Shown in pieces: positions 8,271 through 15,694 of a stretch of DNA of 24,000 bases (position 1 is its first letter; every line of letters starts with the position of its first letter). The notes under the pieces are model-generated. The model searched no databases and had not been told where the DNA came from. It was given only the letters and a program-made list of their open reading frames with translations. The translations under genes and the position numbers were made by a program. The stretch comes from Candidatus Heimdallarchaeota archaeon (lineage in GTDB: Archaea; Asgardarchaeota; Heimdallarchaeia; JABLTI01): NCBI GenBank assembly GCA_018238155.1, contig JABCTZ010000026.1, forward strand, positions 1-24,000, given 5' to 3'.

Positions 8271-8401
8271 AATATCAGCCACTTTTTTCTTAAGTTTATC
8301 TTGGGAATTAATAATATTTTCTGATAATAATTGAAGCAAGATATGCTAAAACAACAAAAAGAACTGTTTTTAGTATAAACATATCGTAGTAGTCCTAAAG
8401 A

Positions 8402-8410
8402 TTTTTATTT
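8402..8410 (+). promoter_or_regulatory. TATA-like TTTTTATTT centred about 29 nt upstream of the GlnRS ATG (possible leaderless transcript)
   Basis: Counted directly: the element spans -33..-25 relative to the A of the ATG at 8435. No Shine-Dalgarno motif lies between. Confidence 0.3.
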
Positions 8411-8434
8411 CCTTTTTTAACAATATTTTTTATC

Positions 8435-10360
8435 ATGAAATCGATAGAGAAGTTATGCGAGAAATATGCTATCCAGAATGCACTCGACCATGGAGAAGCA
8501 AAACTTGGTCCAGTGATGAGGGTAATCATGGCAACCCATGCGGAGCTCCGCAAAGAAGCCGATAAAGTAACAGAAATTCTCGAACAACAAATTGATTTCA
8601 TAAATTCACTTACAAAAGAGAAAATCGAAAGAATCGCTCGAGAGAAGTTCCCTGAAATTCTGAAAAAGGAAGAGGAACAAACCTCAACAAAGGATGTTGA
8701 TTTCATTCGAACGATAATAAATGAGGATCTTAAAACAAATAAATTCAAGGGACGAGTCCATACTAGATTTCCACCAGAACCAAATGGCTATTTGCACATC
8801 GGACATGCTAAATCAATAAATTTGAATTATGGATTAGCTGAAGAATACAAAGGAAAATTCAATCTTCGATTTGATGATACAAATCCAATGACTGAAGAAA
8901 TGGAGTATGTGAAAGGAATAATCGAAGATGTAAAATGGCTTGGAGCAGATTTCGAGGATAGATTACTCTATGCTTCTGATTATTTTGAGCAGTTCTATGA
9001 CTGGGCTGTACAGCTTATCAAGAAAGGATTAGCTTTTGTTGATGACTCAAGAACAGAAATGATACGTAAAGATAGAGGTTCATTAACCGAACCAGGAAAA
9101 AATAGTTCTTACAGAAATCGCTCCATTGAAGAAAATTTGAGACTATTTGAGGATATGAGAAAAGGGGAATATCCAGAAGGGGGCAAAGTATTACGTGCGA
9201 AAATCGATATGACACATCCCAACTTATTGATGCGTGATCCAATTATTTACCGAATTCTCCACAAAGAACACCACAATACCGGAGAAAAGTGGTGTATTTA
9301 TCCCACGTATGACTGGGCTCACGGATTGGAAGATTCCATAGAAGGGATAACCCACTCAATTTGCACACTAGAGTTTGAAGTTCACAGACAATTATACGAT
9401 TGGTTCCTTGAACAGTTAGATGATGAAAAAGGAAACCCTATATTTCATCCACAACAAATTGAATTTGCTCGATTGAATGTTTCAAACACAGTTCTTAGCA
9501 AACGAAAAATGCTTCGATTAGTGAAAGAAGGATTTGTTAATGGCTGGGATGATCCAAGAATGTTAACAATTGTTGGATTGAAACGCAGAGGAATTACTTC
9601 TGAGGCTATCAGCAAATTCTGTAAAGTCATTGGTGTAACAAAAAGAGACACTATAATAGACATTTCAGTTTTGAATAAATGTGTTAGAGATGATTTGAAC
9701 AAACAATGTTCAAGGGTTATGAGCGTATTAAAGCCTCTTAAATTAACTATCACAAATTACCCAGAGGATAAAGTAGAGGATATTACTATTCCAAATCATC
9801 CCAAAATTAAAACTATGGGCACAAGAAAAGTGAAATTTGCAAAAACACTATTTATCGAACGAGATGATTTCATGGAAAAACCAACTAAAGATTTCTTGAG
9901 GTTGACACCAGGTAGAGAAGTTCGATTGAAATATGCCTTTGTTGTGAAATGTGATAAGATCATCAAAGATAAAAAATCTGGTGAAGTAATTGAGCTTCAG
10001 TGCAGTTTTGACCCAAAATCAAAAAGTGGGCAACCAGGTGACGATAAGGCTTACAGAACTATTCATTGGATTGCTAAGAAAAATGCTATTCAAGCAGAAG
10101 TAAGATTGTATAACCAGCTGTTCACGAAAGTAAATCCACTAGATACTGAAGAAGGGAAAGATTTCACAGATTACATAAATCCCAATTCTCTCGAGATAGC
10201 AAAAGCCTATGTAGAACCTCATTTACAAAAGGCAAAGAAAGGAACGAGATATCAGTTTGAACGTTTGGGATTCTTCAATGTTGACCCTATTGATTCTAAG
10301 AAGAATGCTTTAGTGTTCAACCAAATAATACCATTACGAGACTCAAAACCGAAAAAATAG
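8435..10360 (+). CDS. glnS: Glutaminyl-tRNA synthetase with a ~95-aa N-terminal helical extension
   Basis: The core aligns by eye almost continuously with E. coli GlnRS as I remember it: FIRTIINEDL, VHTRFPPEPNGYLHIGHAKS, NLRFDDTNP, LRAKIDM..P...MRDP, HHNTGEKWCIYPTYDW, EGITHSICTLEF, LYDW, VLSKRK, GWDDPRM, YQFERLGFF, FNQIIPLRDS. The motifs THS.CTLEF and HH.TG.KWCIYP distinguish GlnRS from archaeal and eukaryotic GluRS. ATG start, TAG stop. Confidence 0.95.
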   Translation: MKSIEKLCEKYAIQNALDHGEAKLGPVMRVIMATHAELRKEADKVTEILEQQIDFINSLTKEKIERIAREKFPEILKKEEEQTSTKDVDFIRTIINEDLKTNKFKGRVHTRFPPEPNGYLHIGHAKSINLNYGLAEEYKGKFNLRFDDTNPMTEEMEYVKGIIEDVKWLGADFEDRLLYASDYFEQFYDWAVQLIKKGLAFVDDSRTEMIRKDRGSLTEPGKNSSYRNRSIEENLRLFEDMRKGEYPEGGKVLRAKIDMTHPNLLMRDPIIYRILHKEHHNTGEKWCIYPTYDWAHGLEDSIEGITHSICTLEFEVHRQLYDWFLEQLDDEKGNPIFHPQQIEFARLNVSNTVLSKRKMLRLVKEGFVNGWDDPRMLTIVGLKRRGITSEAISKFCKVIGVTKRDTIIDISVLNKCVRDDLNKQCSRVMSVLKPLKLTITNYPEDKVEDITIPNHPKIKTMGTRKVKFAKTLFIERDDFMEKPTKDFLRLTPGREVRLKYAFVVKCDKIIKDKKSGEVIELQCSFDPKSKSGQPGDDKAYRTIHWIAKKNAIQAEVRLYNQLFTKVNPLDTEEGKDFTDYINPNSLEIAKAYVEPHLQKAKKGTRYQFERLGFFNVDPIDSKKNALVFNQIIPLRDSKPKK

Positions 10361-10451
10361 TCTAGATACTATTTTATAGTTTCAAAAGAAATATTTAAAA
10401 CCGAGTTCGAAAAATAAAACTAGTATTGGAAAATTGATTCCAATCATCAAT

Positions 10452-10560
10452 AGACCCGTAGTCTAGTTCGGCCAAGGATTGGGGACTTTGAAAAAAGTCT
10501 CAATTCGTTGGGATTTTCAAGAATCCCTCGACGGGAGTTCAAATCTCCCCGGGTCTACCA
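10452..10560 (+). tRNA. tRNA-Gln (anticodon UUG) with a 31-nt intron at canonical position 37/38 (10492..10522); A1-U72, A73, CCA encoded
   Basis: Read: AGACCCG TA GTCT AGTTCGGCCAA GGAT T GGGGA CTTTGA[intron]A TCCCT CGAC GGGAG TTCAAAT CTCCC CGGGTCT A CCA. The intron region folds as a BHB-like motif: a 4-bp helix UUGA/UCAA, a 3-nt AAA bulge, and a 7-bp helix AAGUCUC/GGGAUUU with an 8-nt loop. A GAA/CU internal loop sits next to the anticodon stem. Confidence 0.85.
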
Positions 10561-10895
10561 CTTTTCTTATTTTAATTTCTTTTCCATTCTAATTTAACAA
10601 ATTAGATAAAGTAGTATTTTATTGTTAGCAAAATTGCACAAAGAATGATAGAGCTAAAGGTAACCAAAAAAATTAAATTAAAATTATGATTTTGCTCATC
10701 CATAAAGAATGAGTTTTACTACTAAAAAATATCATATTATCTAACTTCAAATTTTCAGTAATTGGAAATCTAAAGATAAGTGCAAAAGGGATGTTAGAAA
10801 AAATATCACAATGATTATAAGAGAGGATTCTGTATATCTCTTGGCTCTAATGATAAAAATTGTCATCAAAATTTACTTTTAGGTGCGTTTTACAC

Positions 10896-11912
10896 ATGGT
10901 TGCAGCTAAAGAAAAAAACAATTCTCAACTACAGGCAAACCAGAGAAGTGAATCAAATAAGGATTATTCAAAGTATACTGAGATAACGGATGAACAATTA
11001 CTAAAAATAAGAAAACGAAAAGAAGAATTAATGCAAGACATTGATATTGTTTTTTGGGAAGAACCAATTGCTAAAATTCATTGGATACCTGTTGATGGTG
11101 GTGAAATTCGAGTCCTTCATAATATACCGAAGAATCCCGTAGGTAATCGCCCAGTCATCTTTATTTCCGGTTGGCAAACTATGCCTTACCAATTCGTTGA
11201 TTTATACAAAATCCTTCATGAAAGAGTAGAAATTTACTTCATAGAAACTCGAGAGAAATACACAAGCAAAATACCAAGACGTAAAACCGATTTCTCCCTA
11301 TCACAAAATGCAAAAGATATTCAGAATACGATCAATTATTTCAATCTTCAAAGTAAGGATTTTGTTTTATTTGGTACTTGTTGGGGGGCTTCAACAATTC
11401 TCCAAGGACTCCTAGATGGTACACTTAAGGCACCTACAATGTGTACTTTTTCACCTATGCACAAGTTTTGGTTTAATAAGTTCATTCTTAAATATTTAAT
11501 CCCCTTTGTACCGAGTTTTGTTATAACCTTTCTGATGAGAACACTTGCGCATATTATTTTTATTGGTGAAAAAGCTGAAACACAAAAAAATCGCATGCAA
11601 CGTACAATGAAAGAAGGAGAAGCTTGGAAATGGAAGAAATCTGCTCGTGCTGCAATCCATTTTGAGTTATTCGGCAAACTTTCTACCATTGAAGAAGAGG
11701 TGCTAGTTATTAGTGGAACTCATGATAGAGTACACAAAGGATATGATTATCCACGATTTGCTGATGAACTTCCAAACGGAAGATTCTTTCACTTTGGTAT
11801 CGATGAATCAGAAAGAGAAAAAATGCTAGGTGTACTAATTTACGAGCTTGCCTTAACCACTTCAGAAAGCACACCAACTTTATTCGAGTTCTTCAAAAGG
11901 GAAATTGTTTAA
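10896..11912 (+). CDS. Alpha/beta-hydrolase-fold protein with a G-x-C-x-G nucleophile elbow
   Basis: PVIFISGWQT (oxyanion region), FVLFGTCWGAS (elbow with Cys where Ser is usual) and VLVISGTHDRV (acid-residue strand). I place the start at the ATG at 10896; the track start at 10860 is a TTG. TAA stop, followed by a T8 tract. Confidence 0.8.
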   Translation: MVAAKEKNNSQLQANQRSESNKDYSKYTEITDEQLLKIRKRKEELMQDIDIVFWEEPIAKIHWIPVDGGEIRVLHNIPKNPVGNRPVIFISGWQTMPYQFVDLYKILHERVEIYFIETREKYTSKIPRRKTDFSLSQNAKDIQNTINYFNLQSKDFVLFGTCWGASTILQGLLDGTLKAPTMCTFSPMHKFWFNKFILKYLIPFVPSFVITFLMRTLAHIIFIGEKAETQKNRMQRTMKEGEAWKWKKSARAAIHFELFGKLSTIEEEVLVISGTHDRVHKGYDYPRFADELPNGRFFHFGIDESEREKMLGVLIYELALTTSESTPTLFEFFKREIV

Positions 11913-11940
11913 AATCTGATTTGTATTTAAGATTTTATTC

Positions 11941-11948
11941 TTTTTTTT
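11941..11948 (+). terminator. Oligo-T (T8) tract downstream of the hydrolase gene
   Basis: A run of eight T starts 29 nt after the TAA stop. Oligo-T tracts are known archaeal termination signals. Confidence 0.4.
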
Positions 11949-11988
11949 AGTCAATTAATTTAAAACATGAGAAGAACATATTTTCTCT

Positions 11989-12309
11989 ATGACATATGTT
12001 GATTTAAACCATATTGAAGAAAAAGAAGTGGTTCCTGGATTTTTTGGTAAATTCATTCATTCTGATAATATTACTATAGCTTATTGGAGAATTGCTGCTG
12101 GAAGCATTCTACCAGAACACAAGCACCCTCATGAGTAAATTGTCAATCTGCTTGAAGGAACTGTTGAATTTACTTTGAATGGTAAAACACGTATTGTTCA
12201 ACCTGGCACAACAATTGTTATTTCATCGAATGTAATACATTCTGGCAAAGCCTTGACAGATACCAAAATAATCGATGTTTTTTATCCTGTTCGTGATGAT
12301 TATAAATAA
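11989..12309 (+). pseudogene. Cupin-domain gene interrupted by one in-frame TAA (12136..12138)
   Basis: My translation: MTYVDLNHIEEKEVVPGFFGKFIHSDNITIAYWRIAAGSILPEHKHPHE*IVNLLEGTVEFTLNGKTRIVQPGTTIVISSNVIHSGKALTDTKIIDVFYPVRDDYK*. This carries both cupin motifs (H-x-H-x-x-x-E ... G, then G..........H). The stop sits where this family normally has Gln (HPHEQ), which fits CAA->TAA. Both halves are too short for the ORF track. Confidence 0.7.
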
Positions 12310-12773
12310 AAAGAATCCTATGAAAACATTAGTTGATTTAATATGAGAAACACTTTTTGAAATGTATTGGCAAAAAAACTAATAAGAGAAAAATCAAGGT
12401 ATTTTGGTTAAAATCTTTCTCGTGGATTCTTAATAATTACAAATGAAAAGTAATTCACATTCAGTTAGATGCTTCTGTGTATCAACATTTGTTTATCTTA
12501 TCAAATCAAGCTTATATCTTTTATTTTCATCATTTTTATATTCAACTTCATATTTCTCAATTACATACAGAAAACCTTTTTTCCACTATATTCGCTTGTT
12601 GCTATATTACTACTCGTTTCAACAACAAAAAATCCAAGCATTGAAAGATTGGCTAAACTTTTCAATAGTTTCTTTATTTCTCTTTATTTCGAAAAAAAAC
12701 GATACTATTAATAAACAGCTAATATTCAGTTAAACTAATTTATCATTATTACAACTATTTGGATTTAATGAAT

Positions 12774-13757
12774 ATGAAAATCCTGCTAACTGGAGCATTT
12801 GGCAATGTTGGTACTAGCACTTTAAAGTACCTTCTAGAAAGAGAATATGAAATAATTTGTTTTGACAAACTCACTTTTGAAACACGTCAAGCTGCAAGAC
12901 GTTTCAAGAAAAGTGATATCAGAATCACTTGGTCAGACATCAGAAATAAAAAAGCTGTTGATAAAGCAGTTCAAGGTTTAGACGTAGTGATGCATTTTGC
13001 TGCAATTATCCCACCTAAAGCAAATCGGAACAATGAATATACAATGCAAGTTAATTTTGGTGGAACAAAAAACATTGTTGATGCTATTAAAGTACAAAAT
13101 GATCCGCCCAAGTTGATCTATACATCTTCTGTAGCCATTTATGGCGATGTTCGGAATAAAGACTCACCGATTGTCAAAGAAGATTTAGAACCCAATCCAA
13201 GCCCAGGAGATCATTATGCAGTAACAAAATTGAATGCAGAGAAATACATTAAGGAATCAGGAATAGAGTATACTATTTTCAGATTAAGCTATATTCCAAA
13301 TTCACAGAAAATCAAACTTACACCCTTAATGTTTAGGATGCCTTTAGATACTCCAGTAGAGTTTACCCATACAGAAGATACCGGTTTGGCTTTAGCAAAT
13401 GCTATTGAAACCGAGAAAGTATGGGGAAAAATCTTTAATTTGAGTGGAGGAGCAAAGTGTCGTTTCTACTATAAAGATTATTTAGAAAGAATGCTTCCAT
13501 TAATGGGTATAGAAATGCTACCTGATGCAGCTTTTGGTGATGACCCATTTCACTGTTGTTATTACGATACAACAGAACTTAACAAACTTTTACAATTTCA
13601 GAATCATACATTTGAAGATCTACTCCAAGAAATGGTTGCTAATGCTAAAAATCAACGACGATTAGCGACAATGTTCAAACCTTTCGTAAAACCAGTGTTA
13701 TTGGCTTTGTCTCCTTATTACAAGAAGAATATGCAAAAGAAGAAAAAAGAAGAGTAA
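12774..13757 (+). CDS. Extended short-chain dehydrogenase/reductase (NAD-dependent epimerase/dehydratase family), paralog 1
   Basis: MKILLTGAFGNVGTS (TGxxGxxG), SSVAIYGD, YAVTK (YxxxK). The start is chosen by alignment with the paralogs (MNVLITGAFG, MKILITGAFG). Alternatives are the ATG at 12768 or the TTG at 12759. TAA stop. Confidence 0.85.
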   Translation: MKILLTGAFGNVGTSTLKYLLEREYEIICFDKLTFETRQAARRFKKSDIRITWSDIRNKKAVDKAVQGLDVVMHFAAIIPPKANRNNEYTMQVNFGGTKNIVDAIKVQNDPPKLIYTSSVAIYGDVRNKDSPIVKEDLEPNPSPGDHYAVTKLNAEKYIKESGIEYTIFRLSYIPNSQKIKLTPLMFRMPLDTPVEFTHTEDTGLALANAIETEKVWGKIFNLSGGAKCRFYYKDYLERMLPLMGIEMLPDAAFGDDPFHCCYYDTTELNKLLQFQNHTFEDLLQEMVANAKNQRRLATMFKPFVKPVLLALSPYYKKNMQKKKKEE

Positions 13758-13779
13758 TTGTTTAACAGTTACTCCCATA

Positions 13780-14556
13780 TTAATCTGATAAAATAGCATT
13801 TACTAATTTTCCATGATAAATTGCCATTCTGTTAAGGATATGTAATGATCCAGTTAATATAAAGAACCCAATAAATGGTGTAATTACGTATAGAGCAATC
13901 CAGAAACCCATTGGTAAAACAGAATACCATATATCAGTGAAGAGTTGACCTTCTAACACATATTCAACAATCAATGCTGACCATGAAAACATCAATCCAA
14001 GAGAGGTAGAAATTAATGTTACTGCAACAGTAAAAGTGATGATTCCCAAAGGCATAGCTAAAAACAAAAAATAAAGCAATGATTTGTATATTGATTTGTT
14101 TTTCAAAGACGCCCAAGCTTTTTCTGTTGTTGTTCCTTCTTTAGAAAAAAGTATTTTTTGTATTGGGATATTTACACCAACTAATATTTTCGCAAGCCAT
14201 GATTGAACATTCATTAGATAAGGCATGCTTATGAGAAAGAAATACAAAAGTACGATTCCGATAATTATTGGAATTAGACCTACGAAAGTTGAGAAGCATG
14301 TTACTGAATAAACGAAATAAGTAATTCCTATGGGGAATAAGAGTATTAGGTAAAGTAAATTCAAATATGTTCTTCCATCTAAATACACACCGAAAAAACT
14401 AACATCTAATAATGAATGTCGTTCCTGAACGATTCTTGATTGGATCGGTGTTTCTTTTCTTTGTCCTTCATTTAGAAACTCAATACCACATGTACTGCAG
14501 AACTGCGTATTACTATCTTGTTTATTTCCACATTTTACACAAAAACTTTGATTCAT
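13780..14556 (-). CDS. Membrane protein with an N-terminal zinc ribbon and an internally duplicated transmembrane module
   Basis: The N-terminus FCVKCGNKQDSNTQFCSTCG forms CxxC-x10-CxxC. It is followed by about 6 hydrophobic segments. The segments YLNLLYLILLFPIGITYFVYSV and KSLLYFLFLAMPLGIITFTVAV are clearly repeated. ATG at 14556; an upstream GTG at 14565 is the track start. Confidence 0.8.
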   Translation of the reverse strand: MNQSFCVKCGNKQDSNTQFCSTCGIEFLNEGQRKETPIQSRIVQERHSLLDVSFFGVYLDGRTYLNLLYLILLFPIGITYFVYSVTCFSTFVGLIPIIIGIVLLYFFLISMPYLMNVQSWLAKILVGVNIPIQKILFSKEGTTTEKAWASLKNKSIYKSLLYFLFLAMPLGIITFTVAVTLISTSLGLMFSWSALIVEYVLEGQLFTDIWYSVLPMGFWIALYVITPFIGFFILTGSLHILNRMAIYHGKLVNAILSD

Positions 14557-14722
14557 TTTTTTCACCGGATTCTAGTTACTACATCAGTAGTAGCTATAAA
14601 CGGATTAATCAATTATTTAAACCCACTCAAAAAGGGAAAATGAAATCATCTAATCAATTCCAATATACATTTAAGATAAATAGAAGAGTTACATAATAAT
14701 ATCTGTTCGAACTGGGATTGAA

Positions 14723-15694
14723 ATGAATGTATTAATAACAGGTGCCTTTGGAGTAATAGGTTCAAATTTACTGGAGACATTGGAAGATAAAGATTTTAAT
14801 GTACGGTGTTTTGATATCAAAACAAGAAAAACGAGAAAAAACGCTAGAAGATTTAGAAGAAAATTTGATATTGTATGGGGAGATATCCGTAACAAAGAGG
14901 ATGTTGCAAAAGCAGTTTCTGATCAAGATTTCATAATACATTTAGCTTATTTTTTACCTCCAATAAATAATAAAAACAGAATGGATGCAACTGAGGTGAA
15001 TATAACTGGAACAAAAAATATTATTGAATCAGCAAAAAATCAAACAACACCACCTAAACTTATTTTTGCATCTTCAGTTGCGATATATGGCGATACAAGG
15101 GGAAAACATCAACCAATCACAACAAATGAAAAACCAAATCCTGTTGATGATTATTCAAAACATAAAGTTGAATGTATGAATTTAATAAAACAATCAAATC
15201 TCACTTATTCAATCTATATTCTTGGAGTTATCCCACCAGTTAAGGAATTAATGTATGACGCAAAAATGTTTGATGTACCTATCAATACCAATATCGAATT
15301 ATTACATCCCTTTGATGTTGGTACAGCTTTTGTAAATGGTTTACTCAGTGAAAAAATATGGAATACAACATTACATATTGCAGGAGGATCAAGTTGTAGA
15401 TTGAATTATCGTAATTTTGTTAATTCAACTATGAAAGCAATGGGTATTGGGTCAATTCCTGATGAAGCTTTTGGTGGCAATATTTATCACTCCTCTTATC
15501 TGAGTTCTGAAGAAAGCAATGAAATACTAAATTATCAACATCACTCTTATGATGACATTATTTCAGATATGAGAAAATATAATAAACTCGTAATATCAAT
15601 TGCTAAATTACTCAGACCAATTATTAGAAGATTCATATTACATCAATCACCATATTATAAAATAAATCTTAGAAAGCAAGAGGGCAATGAATGA
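14723..15694 (+). CDS. Extended SDR (epimerase/dehydratase family), paralog 2
   Basis: MNVLITGAFGVIGSN, SSVAIYGD, YSKHK. Colinear with paralogs 1 and 3, including the C-terminal SPYYK tail. The TGA stop overlaps the next start. Confidence 0.9.
   Translation: MNVLITGAFGVIGSNLLETLEDKDFNVRCFDIKTRKTRKNARRFRRKFDIVWGDIRNKEDVAKAVSDQDFIIHLAYFLPPINNKNRMDATEVNITGTKNIIESAKNQTTPPKLIFASSVAIYGDTRGKHQPITTNEKPNPVDDYSKHKVECMNLIKQSNLTYSIYILGVIPPVKELMYDAKMFDVPINTNIELLHPFDVGTAFVNGLLSEKIWNTTLHIAGGSSCRLNYRNFVNSTMKAMGIGSIPDEAFGGNIYHSSYLSSEESNEILNYQHHSYDDIISDMRKYNKLVISIAKLLRPIIRRFILHQSPYYKINLRKQEGNE

Noticed and set aside
8395-8748. 117-aa minus-strand ORF (also 9018..9242 and 9445..9753)
   Set aside because: All three are antisense to GlnRS, whose identity is unambiguous.
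10424-10443. ATTGGAA-N6-TTCCAAT hairpin considered as a repeated mobile or palindromic element shared with 21153..21179
   Set aside because: There are only two copies, with different arm lengths and loops, and TTGGAA/TTCCAA hexamers occur elsewhere by chance. It is noted under the terminator finding but not called as a repeat family.
10602-10703. 33-codon minus-strand ORF encoding a hydrophobic peptide (MDEQNHNFNLIFLVTFSSIILCAILLTIKYYFI)
   Set aside because: It has no SD or promoter context that I can see, and it lies in the T-rich tRNA-Gln downstream region. It is too short to support without conservation data.
11348-11689. 113-aa minus-strand ORF
   Set aside because: It is antisense to the alpha/beta hydrolase gene.
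12443-12733. Two overlapping plus-strand ORFs (96 aa and 80 aa) in the 450-bp spacer upstream of SDR paralog 1
   Set aside because: The translations are extremely low-complexity F/L/I/S/Y. Two frames are open simultaneously, as expected for AT-rich non-coding DNA. The minus strand here gives only short broken frames. I treat the region as non-coding.
14412-14895. ORFs 14412..14696 (+) and 14689..14895 (-)
   Set aside because: The first is antisense to the zinc-ribbon membrane gene and runs into the intergenic region. The second is antisense to the 5' end of SDR paralog 2.
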